From positions 64,001 to 128,000 of the IMG/VR virus record IMGVR_UViG_3300034065_000151: a stretch of DNA of 64,000 nucleotides; one strand, written 5' to 3'. This document shows positions 48,501 to 57,406 of the stretch, in pieces (positions within the stretch are counted from its first letter, which is position 1; each line of letters starts with the position of its first letter). The DNA comes from a virus. Taxonomy: Duplodnaviria > Caudoviricetes. The notes below the pieces were generated by a model. The model searched no databases and was not told the DNA's origin. It was given only the letters and a program-made list of their open reading frames with translations. A program made the translations under genes and the position numbers.

Positions 48501-51078
48501 ATCAGGATATACTTGGTTGAATCCAACTAAGTTATCACCTATTAAATTGTATGATTATAGTGAACAGACCTTAGATTTGCAATTAGGTTTATGGCATCCT
48601 GCTATCGGTATCCATGCATATGAACCATTAGAAGTTATCAATATGGTAACTGATAGTGATCCAGCTAATTATAGTTATACCCAACAGTTGACAGACAATC
48701 CTAACTATATGAATTTGAAGCCATGGGGTGATAATGAAGTTGGGCGAGTATGGTGGGATACGAGTAACCTTGGATACATGCCGTATTATGATGCAACGAT
48801 CTTTGGCAGTATTGAATCGAGATTAGCGCGTTGGGGTAAGTTAGCAGATTGGGCGAGTATTGATTTGTATGAATGGACAGAGAGTGAATTTAGTCCATCG
48901 CAATATAATGCACAGGCATTATTACAGCAGGGTGATAGTACAATAGATCCATCGATTGCATTATCAGGACAGGTTGGATTTGTTAATACATATTCAAGTG
49001 ATCGTAATATAACAGTACGTCCTGTGGCATGGTCACAAGCAGGAGTTGGTAATGGTAATGCACATCCTGCATTTGGTCCTACCCAATTAGTAACGATGTA
49101 TGTATCAGGTAATACCTTGATTGCAGATAGTGGAAGACTTGCAGCTATTAATGTAACCAGTGGTTATAACTTTGGTGGATGGGATACCATCAATCAAGTA
49201 CCTGTAAATGAAGTTAACATAGGAACAACAGTTACATATAATGTAGGGTCATCGTTGCAGTTGAGTAATCCTGTATTGGTATATCCGAGTGTGCAGGCGA
49301 CTGGAACTATTGCGACTATTTCGGTAGAGAATGTACCTGACAATAGTATCTATGGAACAATTATTGGTGCGATTAGTTTATATGTATTGAATGCCGCAGA
49401 TGGAACTGTATCCTTGAGGATGTTGAGTTCAACTGGTGGTTTTCAAGATATGCCAGTTACCGATTGGTATAGTGATAACTTATTAACCAATTCAAGTTTG
49501 ACATATGTATATGAAGCATTTGGATTGCAGGTAGTAATAACCAGATCAACGATAGGAACTATAGTAGCTGGTGATATAGCTACAGCTATTGCAAATTCAG
49601 GTAATGATATCTATGTACGTGAGTGTGTGGATTTTACTGCGATCGTGCCTATTACACAATCATTGTTTGTTAATGATCCGAGTGATCCATTGTTTGGATC
49701 AGCTGATTATATGTGGAAGACATGGCCAGTACCATCTCAGGCATTATTGAATGTGGATTTACCTCCACCATATAATATGTGGTTACCAATTTTGGGTGCC
49801 GAGATACCTGTGGTAACAACTGCAGCAGTTATAACCGAGATGGGAAGTGGTACTAATACTTGGATATTACCAAGTGGTATAACTATTACCCGATACAATT
49901 CTACATGGACACCAATGGCACAGTTAATGAATACCAAGATGAGTCATGTATCTAATGGTGTGAATGTTGTTTCCTTTACAGTAGCCAGTGAAACAAGTCT
50001 TGATCAGAATAGATTATCCATATATATTAACAATGCGCAGATAGCACCTGCATTGTACACAGTGTTTAACAATGTGATAACCTTATCTAAGGTATATCCA
50101 GAGGCAAGTATTGTATCGATGTTATATAGACAGTATACACCGACTGCATTGGATTTATCATTTGATCCAACAGTGGCAGATAATGTGAAGATACAGACAT
50201 GGTACGTACAGGATTATGAGTATACGCAGAAGGATGTTAGAGATAGTTCTGGAAATATAACAGGAAGCAAGTATTATTTCTGGGTGACTAATAAGACAAT
50301 CCCTCAGGTGAATCAAACTATGTCCTTGAGTCAGGCAGCGCAGATATTAGAGGATGGCGAAAGTACTTATACGACCTTTAGTAGATTGCTTCCAGATAGT
50401 AGTTCATCTTCTGGAGCTGGATATGATTCATGTGCGATAGCAGGATTGAATATATATGTGACAAAGACTAACAGTTACAAGTTAAGGTTCTTGCGTGATT
50501 TCACGTTGAGAGATGATCCAGAGCAGATTAGTTTGAAGAATGTGCATACTGAGTGGTTATTAATTAACAGGCATCAAGTGACAGTGATACCGCAGCAGTT
50601 ATGGGCAGTATTGACAAATGCGGCATGTGGGCAGGATCCATTGGGTAATCAATTACCCTCTTTGGTGAGAACTAACTATGACAATAAATATAATACTAAT
50701 TATAGATATGGTTTTGGTGATGGTCAGATATTTGCTGATACAAGTCTTATCCAAGAGTCTATAGTTAATACTATTTTGAATACTTCACTTACAATTGATG
50801 TTGGAACAACTGTAATACCGGAATACATAACAGTATTAAATATGTCACAAAGTGCATTATGGTTTAGTACACCAGCTATTGCAAGAACAACAATGAATTT
50901 GATTTATGAGTATGCGCGAGCTAATCAGATAAATGAGATTTTCTTTAATGCATTGAATGTTGCTTTGGCGTGTAATTATGAAATGACAGATATATTTAAG
51001 ACCAGTTATATTACAGTTAATTCATCGACAGTTGTTGCTCAACAAACCCAAGGGGAACAGGTAGATGAGTTCTATTAA
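42511..51078 (+). CDS. Giant (2855 aa) virion structural protein, gp7-position baseplate wedge / fibre scaffold
   Basis: Follows gp6. ID.DKFI.Y.NYYW, RPIIEY and FWKGMI..KGT motifs; two G.R.LV..QT...NG.Y fibre domains. Confidence 0.7.
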   Translation: MSQNLDFNKLLPSGIQNETLSSLVSNLFNRFVSTEQSVNIAGTVGIPISGNAIIQQPSLDRQENALVPSLFYQSGNKKYLYTFEDFVNKMATLDIDIQDMRTWMAEQSYNYSPPIDYDKFISYSNYYWTGSSLPAGSGPSWNPNNVSEFYVIERPALNDTTKMPVVAATTFNINLYANNRPPETFIIQFSSPTQFHIASNLGAVTSSVTTLVSTTPEDITPVIISVIDPVLGPGSTNLVSFNIINGTNLFNTGDYFTLNINYFTSSLFATLSPGTTINQGAIASIQSLSPMMIIDGVRITSGMRILVKNQTVPTQNGIYIVSTGNPWSLATDSTTTNLIINSAVYVTKGLLNIGTTWKYDNTNHFVEVVPNPVPNVNAWQLYNYWVHKDDLNSLAQFGISQSNSIQANRPIIEYTNKLQMNKFFDSTDTPSDSGISYLQTKTRFNQIPQFDLYRYDGTHAGMTSGLFFYAEGPNYITDNILLRRVVTTSTGDYVFGIGLTDSQNQFLYFKDNGTLKSIWQPGVTTATASTPLYNGTGNGSITITPTTTADNQEWTITCLTPITFSVNGTRSGSIGTLTIGTTFTCDDLTLGITAGTTPFIPGDNFSFDVWAPVSPRYIKQNPDGSIVNYPGGYAADQATANPSGAWLTPGRMFQNLSRELQPTIAFGDFINHGRAVLRLQDGFTGASFGDNNSRTLSFNPGLGGRIREFSSNFPLLASMLIEQDISVLTILDFIQQQYNIGLASITQFVNNSLAEYLGQGHIINTTTIDPNDPSIVSFEQYFETLRGQNMNLSTVFSDSTALVKNWPATLPMIGLLPKVQPTIGFDDELNIHTIVHHDNHISPVVLPNVEFDKMLVKTVVDRPDGTKSPGTFAQFAPANPYPGQLWMQTSTQLLYVYYPTGWILFNSSYLQNSLVLAVEQRLYDSVHPAQQLNLNLETVPVTTSQYQAVELAQFAAEYNYDMFAPDYVATNAFTWNYKQAVVPGLVGPTPARWYDLYNDYFDNFGSGVLATDRPDLYPWRLLGYATEPANWASLYACTVQATSNVVTAIVCANSNDGSLNGLGIIDGYNLNTGDRVLLTAQTNHTENGLWIAGPGAWGRASDPLVDGLTVNVTSGSQCAGTTWVITTPNPILLGTTPVTFQQARIWNINMWASIHATHPTLKRCVNINTDMLLPPYVSSTIPASLDALLTVIPVGISDGYVFGDNGPIELVWRKSLEYNYGLARSYFRLYPLQFLDKSWGETYMSVGTNLRTERNLMTSLPSSNFLLHGERLTISNVYTPAEIQARVQGPITWTGAANVSFVVTHCADNTTVFYAYVNGQLQGMVYEEVPFSFSYTDPVTGAVISFVNNVIEDLGIPFNMGDTINITFYNDIVDPSYVPPVANPLGEQGCVIPGIVTTVTTIPMVQVLPTYVHVPATTKIFKGVGQWFTNLIRYNSIDSVVSLTAEAYRGWSVNLVNRIGSLMRPDSLAINTAQGVMPDTGYSVVLKKSSNTKSLWISGLRIQLTKVGAATLTAPGYYVPVGVGADWVFRVEVYNNAYPQATYYVLDTAGPYETFNVLDQSATKLAWNRYMNVLSTETIVMPLQITGIQNVINFVYGYSNYLQDQGFKINASDVPMTDQLTGRNIDWQLEIEKFINQVYLEMSPGQGTILNPFMDKLYVQTPIGLQSPYTESNFMDAFSTQACYDVIGSIIPVNKLNVIRTDDQTITYSQTPIYSAHIFLDEYEHAIVFNDNFSSDPASATVFNSFLGEYMQTVYLTFSRQDVVDSKPTFDGFFLSGDNVARNFTAATDNIANYYDSDKTFNDPVTAQHAMSLVGFQTKDYFDQIDISPTTQLNFWKGMIAAKGTNLTIDAFANYVAFNNTSTDEFWAYKLATYGDARERTMPELKVQPADVVGTFTQLQFYSASDPNYVPLPLYTQVEANDDTRWYSIDDLGTTLRFDANAISESVTVTGTGVQYITLKNIYHNGDTMAPVVTGPSGASIVSANMLKVTQAGTYEVSGYTWLNPTKLSPIKLYDYSEQTLDLQLGLWHPAIGIHAYEPLEVINMVTDSDPANYSYTQQLTDNPNYMNLKPWGDNEVGRVWWDTSNLGYMPYYDATIFGSIESRLARWGKLADWASIDLYEWTESEFSPSQYNAQALLQQGDSTIDPSIALSGQVGFVNTYSSDRNITVRPVAWSQAGVGNGNAHPAFGPTQLVTMYVSGNTLIADSGRLAAINVTSGYNFGGWDTINQVPVNEVNIGTTVTYNVGSSLQLSNPVLVYPSVQATGTIATISVENVPDNSIYGTIIGAISLYVLNAADGTVSLRMLSSTGGFQDMPVTDWYSDNLLTNSSLTYVYEAFGLQVVITRSTIGTIVAGDIATAIANSGNDIYVRECVDFTAIVPITQSLFVNDPSDPLFGSADYMWKTWPVPSQALLNVDLPPPYNMWLPILGAEIPVVTTAAVITEMGSGTNTWILPSGITITRYNSTWTPMAQLMNTKMSHVSNGVNVVSFTVASETSLDQNRLSIYINNAQIAPALYTVFNNVITLSKVYPEASIVSMLYRQYTPTALDLSFDPTVADNVKIQTWYVQDYEYTQKDVRDSSGNITGSKYYFWVTNKTIPQVNQTMSLSQAAQILEDGESTYTTFSRLLPDSSSSSGAGYDSCAIAGLNIYVTKTNSYKLRFLRDFTLRDDPEQISLKNVHTEWLLINRHQVTVIPQQLWAVLTNAACGQDPLGNQLPSLVRTNYDNKYNTNYRYGFGDGQIFADTSLIQESIVNTILNTSLTIDVGTTVIPEYITVLNMSQSALWFSTPAIARTTMNLIYEYARANQINEIFFNALNVALACNYEMTDIFKTSYITVNSSTVVAQQTQGEQVDEFY

Positions 51079-54000
51079 TAATGCAACATCAGGTTTATAT
51101 CTTGACAGTTTGGTCAGTTATATAAATGATGTTAAACCTTATCGTACTAAGATAGCTACAGGAACCGGTGCCGTCACAGAGAGTTATTTATTTTCTGATG
51201 TGATGAATGTAGCTATTTCAGAGTCTGATAAGATGACTGTTTTCTTAGGGGCGGATATTATGCCATCAGCCGCCACCTTGATAACACGAGCTCGTAGATC
51301 GCAGTCTTGGTATCAGGATATTGTATCGGATGGTCAGCGTAATGTATGGCCAGTACCTTTATTATCAGTACCAAAGTTTGCAAGTCAGGCCAGTTTACAG
51401 AATTTCGTATATGGTGATCACAATGAGTATACAGGAATTCCTGGATTAACTCATGGTGTGTTTAATGATAAGCGTTGGGATGGTCCTGGTATTTCTGATG
51501 TTCAAAAGAATGGTGTCCATCAACAGGATACTATTGGATATACATTAAGTCATGGTGTCTTTACCTTTGATATATTAACAACTGATCAAGGGGTACCTGG
51601 AAGATATTGGAAGCAGTCTGATTTAGAGAATATCACCGGAACATTTGCCCATACTTTCAACAACAATCCTGGTCAACTTATCTATGATAATGTGTATCAG
51701 AGCATTGGTAATATTATTAATATTACAGGAACTACTTATGAGGAGTGGACATTAACTTGTACTAATGAGAGTCCATTCCAAGTTAGTGTGGTTGGTAATA
51801 TTTCAGGTAATATTGGAACAGCAACCTTTGAAACACCATTTGTGAGTGCTGAGATATCTTTTACATGGGTACCTGCATTCCCTGCTGATACCAGTACAGA
51901 TATTATTCTTGGTCAGAAGTTTATATTGACACCAAGTGCGACAGTTACAATTAGTCCAACAGCACCAGTAGAAACCTGGTCATTAATAAAAAGTAATCCT
52001 ATTGCATTAACAAGTGCACCAGTGTTTACATCTTCAGTGATTCGTGATACGCCAGCATTAGAAGTACACACTCGCAATATTGATTCAAATGGTATAGCAG
52101 TAACTTGGACATTAGTATTCCAAGGAAATGGCACCTATAATCTTAACAGATCAACTGCAAGTCCGAATGGTATTAGTTATCCAATTAATGTAGATCTTCA
52201 GAATGGTTGTTCTTTTAAGAATGCTGATATAGCATTTACTATATTGACTACAACAACCCCATTCATATTGAATGATACATTTACATGGGTATGTAACGCA
52301 TGTCCAGCGCATTATAAAGTATTTGGTAGTGTATCAGGATGGCAACCAGATGCGACTATTGGTAAGTGGTATTGGAATGGTTTGATTGGATTTAAGATTC
52401 CAGCATTAACATATTTTGCACAGTCACCTGCAATTAATCAGGCATCAACTGGTAATCCGCCTGATTGGATAGCTGGCCCTGCTCCATTATTTGTAGCATT
52501 GAAAAATGTACGTTCAATAGCAGAGCCTTCTGTTTATACGATAACCTTTACATCACCAACAAATGCAACAGTCCAGAATAATATCTATGGATGGTGTGCG
52601 GGTTTAATTACGAATACACCATGGTATGATGAGTTTAGTTCATTCCAGATTAACACAGTACCGGGATTGTCTGAGTATGTTGCTGGAGATATAGTACAGG
52701 TTTATTTGGCACCATCCCAGAGTATGTCAGTTCAGTTAGCTGGATATGATTCAACTGGTTATGATAGTGCAGGATATGATGCAGATGCAACTGATCAATT
52801 AATAGCAGCTGGATATAATCAAGAAAAATTCCCATTGTATCATGGTTATGGAGCTGTGATATTCCCTAATGCAGCAACTGGTGATCAGTATATTATTGAC
52901 AAGACATTCTATGATAGGATGCAGTTTAAGCTAGTTGGTTCTTCATTGAATCATCCTGAGTTAGCTGCTGTGAATGATTGGGTGCCGTTAGAGTTTAGGT
53001 ATTTTGACCGTGTAGATACAGTTACTGGATTGCCAACATCACCATCAGACTTTTCTGATTTAACAACATATGTACAGGCATATAGTGCAGCGAATCCTAA
53101 TCAGTTAATTTTTAGTATTGCATTACCACGTTATGAGAAGACTAATAGAAATGCCTCTGCGATATTAACTATTGACAGTACATTTTTTGCTACATATCTT
53201 GGAGTGAGTAACAGGTATTCATTTGAGTTTTTACCTGATCAGAGTTATGGTCAGACTATTAGAGTTAAGATTACAGAGAACATTAAGATATATGAGATAG
53301 CGCGTTTGGATTTTGCTGAAGGTCCGGCTAATAATTACTACTTATATCAATACAATTGGAATACAGGATTGTATAGTTTGGTGCATAAAACCACCCCTGC
53401 TTTACCGTATCCATTTAACATTAATATTATTGAAGATGCAAGTAATCCGTTTCAATTTTATGATGTGAAAATTTGGTATACTGATCTTATAAATACAACC
53501 ATTGCTGAGGGTGGGTCATTACCATTCTTGCGACCTGGATATGGAATAGTCCCTTATGGAACACTTCCGTATCAGGATATTACCCCTAATGGTATTTTAC
53601 CTGAAATGACAGGAACACCACCATTTAGTCTTGGGAACAAGCCGGTTTATACTGGTAATCCTAATGATTGGATAATGGTAAGTCCTACAACTTTCCCGAG
53701 TATTGCGGTATTTGACAATCCCCCGCCTGATGTAGCATCTTCTCAGATAACTGAGGGATTGACTATTATGGAGACCATTTTAGCGAGTGATTTGGGTTAT
53801 GACGATATGCCATATGATACTGATTTTTATGATTCAAGTCCAACCGATATTTGGAGTAACAGGTTGAGTGTATTAATGGATGCTACACAGTATCCAATTA
53901 ACAATCAATCACCCCCAAATGGTGGATTATTGATTAGTATAGTTGCTGGAGAGTATTTAGTTAACTGGACAGGTGCGCAATTTACTGGTACCCCAACGGT

Positions 54001-54169
54001 AGTTATAGCATCGACAGCTAATCCTGGGTCGTATTATAGTCCTTCTGTTAGTTTGTATGTGTACTTACAGGATCCAACTTTAGTGAGTAAGAATGCTTTT
54101 ATGTTTAATTTAAGTGGTGCTCCAGTGGGTTTTACAGCTCCGTTTAAATTATGGATAACACAACTTTAA
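51065..54169 (+). CDS. Large baseplate / virion structural protein
   Basis: YINDVKPYRTKI motif; beta-rich composition; xYDxx repeats. Confidence 0.65.
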   Translation: MSSINNATSGLYLDSLVSYINDVKPYRTKIATGTGAVTESYLFSDVMNVAISESDKMTVFLGADIMPSAATLITRARRSQSWYQDIVSDGQRNVWPVPLLSVPKFASQASLQNFVYGDHNEYTGIPGLTHGVFNDKRWDGPGISDVQKNGVHQQDTIGYTLSHGVFTFDILTTDQGVPGRYWKQSDLENITGTFAHTFNNNPGQLIYDNVYQSIGNIINITGTTYEEWTLTCTNESPFQVSVVGNISGNIGTATFETPFVSAEISFTWVPAFPADTSTDIILGQKFILTPSATVTISPTAPVETWSLIKSNPIALTSAPVFTSSVIRDTPALEVHTRNIDSNGIAVTWTLVFQGNGTYNLNRSTASPNGISYPINVDLQNGCSFKNADIAFTILTTTTPFILNDTFTWVCNACPAHYKVFGSVSGWQPDATIGKWYWNGLIGFKIPALTYFAQSPAINQASTGNPPDWIAGPAPLFVALKNVRSIAEPSVYTITFTSPTNATVQNNIYGWCAGLITNTPWYDEFSSFQINTVPGLSEYVAGDIVQVYLAPSQSMSVQLAGYDSTGYDSAGYDADATDQLIAAGYNQEKFPLYHGYGAVIFPNAATGDQYIIDKTFYDRMQFKLVGSSLNHPELAAVNDWVPLEFRYFDRVDTVTGLPTSPSDFSDLTTYVQAYSAANPNQLIFSIALPRYEKTNRNASAILTIDSTFFATYLGVSNRYSFEFLPDQSYGQTIRVKITENIKIYEIARLDFAEGPANNYYLYQYNWNTGLYSLVHKTTPALPYPFNINIIEDASNPFQFYDVKIWYTDLINTTIAEGGSLPFLRPGYGIVPYGTLPYQDITPNGILPEMTGTPPFSLGNKPVYTGNPNDWIMVSPTTFPSIAVFDNPPPDVASSQITEGLTIMETILASDLGYDDMPYDTDFYDSSPTDIWSNRLSVLMDATQYPINNQSPPNGGLLISIVAGEYLVNWTGAQFTGTPTVVIASTANPGSYYSPSVSLYVYLQDPTLVSKNAFMFNLSGAPVGFTAPFKLWITQL

Positions 54170-54230
54170 AAATACCTTTAAACTATAAATAAATGAGTGC
54201 TATAGCACTATAAATTAAAATGGAGATACA

Positions 54231-54884
54231 ATGAATTCAGCATTAATTAAAACCCACGTACATGGCCATGTTCATATTAAAGATGGTATAACGGGTGAAG
54301 TCCTTGTCGATCAAGACAATGCTATTCACAACCAGAATATGGCTGTTGCTTTAGCACGTGGTTTATCAAACGATCCAGGTCAAAGTGGTATACAAACTAG
54401 CCAAATCTTTGCTCTTGAGCTCGGTAATGGTGGATCAGTTACAACAGGTGGTGTAATTACTTATCAGTCTCCAAATGTTACTGGTACTAATGCTCGCCTA
54501 TACAACCAAACATATTTCGATCAAGTTGATGAAAATACATCAGGATTTGGTCCTGGTAATTCTGTAACATATCAACAATCCCAAACCGATACAACCTCTA
54601 TTGTTATTGTCACAATGACAGTAGCTGCAGGTGAGCCGAGTGGACAGGACACATCAGATTCAACACCACCGACAACTGCGCAGGATGCATATGATTTTGA
54701 TGAATTAGGATTGTTTACAAATGGTGTTGCCAATTCTACTGGGATACCAGGGGTGAGTACATTTGGATATACACAGACACCTGATACAGCATTGTTATTA
54801 TCCCATATTATATTTTCACCAATATTAAAAACAAGCTCTAGAGAGTTGGTTATAACTTATACACTTACAATATCGGTTTCATGA
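54231..54884 (+). CDS. Baseplate / tail structural protein
   Basis: DQDNAIH...FDELGLF...LLSHIIFSPI.K...R...I.YTL. TATAAATA at 54184-54191. Confidence 0.65.
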   Translation: MNSALIKTHVHGHVHIKDGITGEVLVDQDNAIHNQNMAVALARGLSNDPGQSGIQTSQIFALELGNGGSVTTGGVITYQSPNVTGTNARLYNQTYFDQVDENTSGFGPGNSVTYQQSQTDTTSIVIVTMTVAAGEPSGQDTSDSTPPTTAQDAYDFDELGLFTNGVANSTGIPGVSTFGYTQTPDTALLLSHIIFSPILKTSSRELVITYTLTISVS

Positions 54885-54888
54885 TTTT

Positions 54889-55125
54889 ATGAATTATCAA
54901 ATGCATTATGATAGGCTTATTGAAAGAGCAAGAATTAGAAAATTGGAAGGATATGTTGAAAAACATCATATTCTTCCTAAATGCATTGGTGGTTCAAATG
55001 ATAAAACAAATATTGTATCTTTAACACCAGAAGAACACTATGTTGCTCATCAGTTATTAGTTAAAATATATCCAGGAGTGCAAGGATTAATTTATCTCGT
55101 AAAGCAAATAGACCTTTTTCAATAA
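54889..55125 (+). mobile_element. Truncated free-standing HNH homing endonuclease
   Basis: YVEKHHILPKCIGGSNDKTNIVSLTPEEHYVAH; stops after 78 aa with no C-terminal DNA-binding modules. Confidence 0.8.
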
Positions 55126-55139
55126 TAGGGAATTAATAA

Positions 55140-56138
55140 ATGCAATTATCGTTTCGACAAGGTATTATAAGATATCAGACTACTCTACAGGGACCGCAAT
55201 GGTTGTTGAAGACGAGTATGTCTGGTACCAGTGTTGATCTTAATGCGAATGGTGAACCGACTGTAATGACATTTGCTCATTATGGTGCTAACTATGTTAT
55301 GGAAGAAAACCATACAGTAGTTGGTGCATGGGGTAGTGGAGCAGTAGGTTCGACAAATGGTCCATTGGCACCAAATGTTACTCAGTATTTGTATTGGGAT
55401 GTTGATTTAGCAACTGGTGCATTGACACGTGGTTGGACTTTATTGGCACCGATAACAAATGGAACTGCACCAGTAAATCCAGTAAATGATCAGCATTGGT
55501 TTGATTCAGTTAATACGAGAATGCGAGTATGGCGTCAAAATGGATCCGCTCCTGGAATGTGGCAGGATAAGATTCGTTTATTTGCTGGTACCTATTTATC
55601 TAATGCTATATTAGTACCGAGTCCATTGGGAAGTCAGGTTGGAATAACTGGAACTTTCACTGGTGGTAATCTAATATTAGGTATTAACAATGTACCTTTG
55701 AAACAGTCAGATGGTACATTTGCAACGACTGCATCTTCCTTAATTATTCAGCAGACAAGTGGACAGAATGTTCAGTTTGATATGGTCCTCACTTATGGAC
55801 AGTCAATTGAAGATATTCCTGCATTTTATCTTGTTGCATATCAACCAAATAAAACTATTAAATTAGCATCAAGTAACAGTGTGACCAGTTTTGTGCATGG
55901 TGTTGTTATAGAAGATTTGTATCAGAATGAGCCAGGTCAAATTATATCAAATGGTGTTGTAAGAAATGATCAATGGTCATGGCCGACATCGAGTATTGGT
56001 GCTCCGTTATTTTGTGGTCCATCAGGACAGTTACAATTAACACCACCACCTGTTGGATTTGTTCAGCAGGTAGGAACTGTATATGATATTGATTCTATTT
56101 ACATGAACCTTTTCCCTCCAGTTAGATTGAGTATATAA
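55140..56138 (+). CDS. Virion structural protein
   Basis: Fibre-type AP.NP...QHWFD module; located in the fibre cluster. Confidence 0.6.
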   Translation: MQLSFRQGIIRYQTTLQGPQWLLKTSMSGTSVDLNANGEPTVMTFAHYGANYVMEENHTVVGAWGSGAVGSTNGPLAPNVTQYLYWDVDLATGALTRGWTLLAPITNGTAPVNPVNDQHWFDSVNTRMRVWRQNGSAPGMWQDKIRLFAGTYLSNAILVPSPLGSQVGITGTFTGGNLILGINNVPLKQSDGTFATTASSLIIQQTSGQNVQFDMVLTYGQSIEDIPAFYLVAYQPNKTIKLASSNSVTSFVHGVVIEDLYQNEPGQIISNGVVRNDQWSWPTSSIGAPLFCGPSGQLQLTPPPVGFVQQVGTVYDIDSIYMNLFPPVRLSI

Positions 56139-57095
56139 ATGACAAATACAGTAAAACCTCTAATTTTAGGAAATGATGGTACATTTGCCCAATTAACTAC
56201 TGGTGATATTATTAACACTGGTGGTACTGTTTGTACAACTTTTACTGTTGGTGGTCGTGGTTTATTATTTGATGATGGATCCAGTACAGGTGGTGGAAGC
56301 GGTGGTGACGGATCAACAACCATTAATCTTCAGACCGCTTATGACAATTCCCCGACAGTAAGTGGTCAAGCTGGGATTGTATTGTATCCAGGTAAAGATT
56401 TCATAATTAAAGATTCTCATGCTGATGGTAACTTTTTTACCGTATCAGCTGCTAATGGTACAGTCACAATTAATGGTGATTTAAATGTTATGGGATCGAC
56501 AACAACTATTGAGACTTCAGTAATTGTTAGTGATCATCAGTTTATTAATCCTGCTAGTGGAACAACAATACCATTGCGTATTGAGCCACAGAGTGGTGTT
56601 ACACCAATTGTAGATTTGTTTAATGTGAAGTGTATTTTTGGTGGTGTACCAGTTTTCAAAATTGATTCAAGTGGTAATCTTGTATCTACTGGAACTCTTA
56701 CTATTTCTGGCCTAATTAATGGTGTGGATATAGTAGCAAATCAGACCATATTGAATGCTCATATTGCAGGTACAAGTTATCAGCATACGGCGTCAGTTAT
56801 TAATATTACTCCAATTGCTAGTATTCCAGCAGCTACAAATGTGCAGCAGGCATTAGAAGCTGTGGCGGCACAAGCTGTGGCGAATACTGCTTGGGGCTAT
56901 GAATTTACCCAGATTGCTCCGGTAACTACATGGACAATCAATCATAATGGTAATACTTTACGGGCTTCAGTGACAATTTATGATACTTCTTGGGCTCAAA
57001 TTATCCCCGCTCAGGTTCAAATTGTTAACGCAAATCAGATAGTTGTGTCATTTACAAGCGCTATTGCTGGAAGTGCTATGGTAATTTTGTTCTAA
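56139..57095 (+). CDS. Tail-fibre-like protein with a C-terminal W.I.H domain
   Basis: G/T-rich body; C-terminal domain shared with four downstream proteins. Confidence 0.6.
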   Translation: MTNTVKPLILGNDGTFAQLTTGDIINTGGTVCTTFTVGGRGLLFDDGSSTGGGSGGDGSTTINLQTAYDNSPTVSGQAGIVLYPGKDFIIKDSHADGNFFTVSAANGTVTINGDLNVMGSTTTIETSVIVSDHQFINPASGTTIPLRIEPQSGVTPIVDLFNVKCIFGGVPVFKIDSSGNLVSTGTLTISGLINGVDIVANQTILNAHIAGTSYQHTASVINITPIASIPAATNVQQALEAVAAQAVANTAWGYEFTQIAPVTTWTINHNGNTLRASVTIYDTSWAQIIPAQVQIVNANQIVVSFTSAIAGSAMVILF

Positions 57096-57159
57096 TTTGG
57101 CCCTTATAATAAATACATATTAGAAATTCTATCATTATCTTATAGGGCAACATCACAAC

Positions 57160-57384
57160 ATGAAAACAATTGAAACTCAAGATATTGTATTGGCTGCAAC
57201 CCTTAAGGTGTTGGGATATAAGCTAGATACGATTCAAAAGATTGGCAATAAAGGCATTTTCTTTTTCAATGAAGTGAATAATGATATTATCAATGAATAT
57301 GATCTTGGCAATCTTAAGGTTGAACCAGTCGCATTTAATTCAGCTATCAAAGCATTAACTACGGCTAGTCGTAGAATCACGTAA
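57160..57384 (+). CDS. DUF5659-like small protein
   Basis: T.DI.LAA.L...GY.L..I......F.F pattern. Confidence 0.55.
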   Translation: MKTIETQDIVLAATLKVLGYKLDTIQKIGNKGIFFFNEVNNDIINEYDLGNLKVEPVAFNSAIKALTTASRRIT

Positions 57385-57406
57385 AACATAACAAGGGGAA
57401 TTAAAA

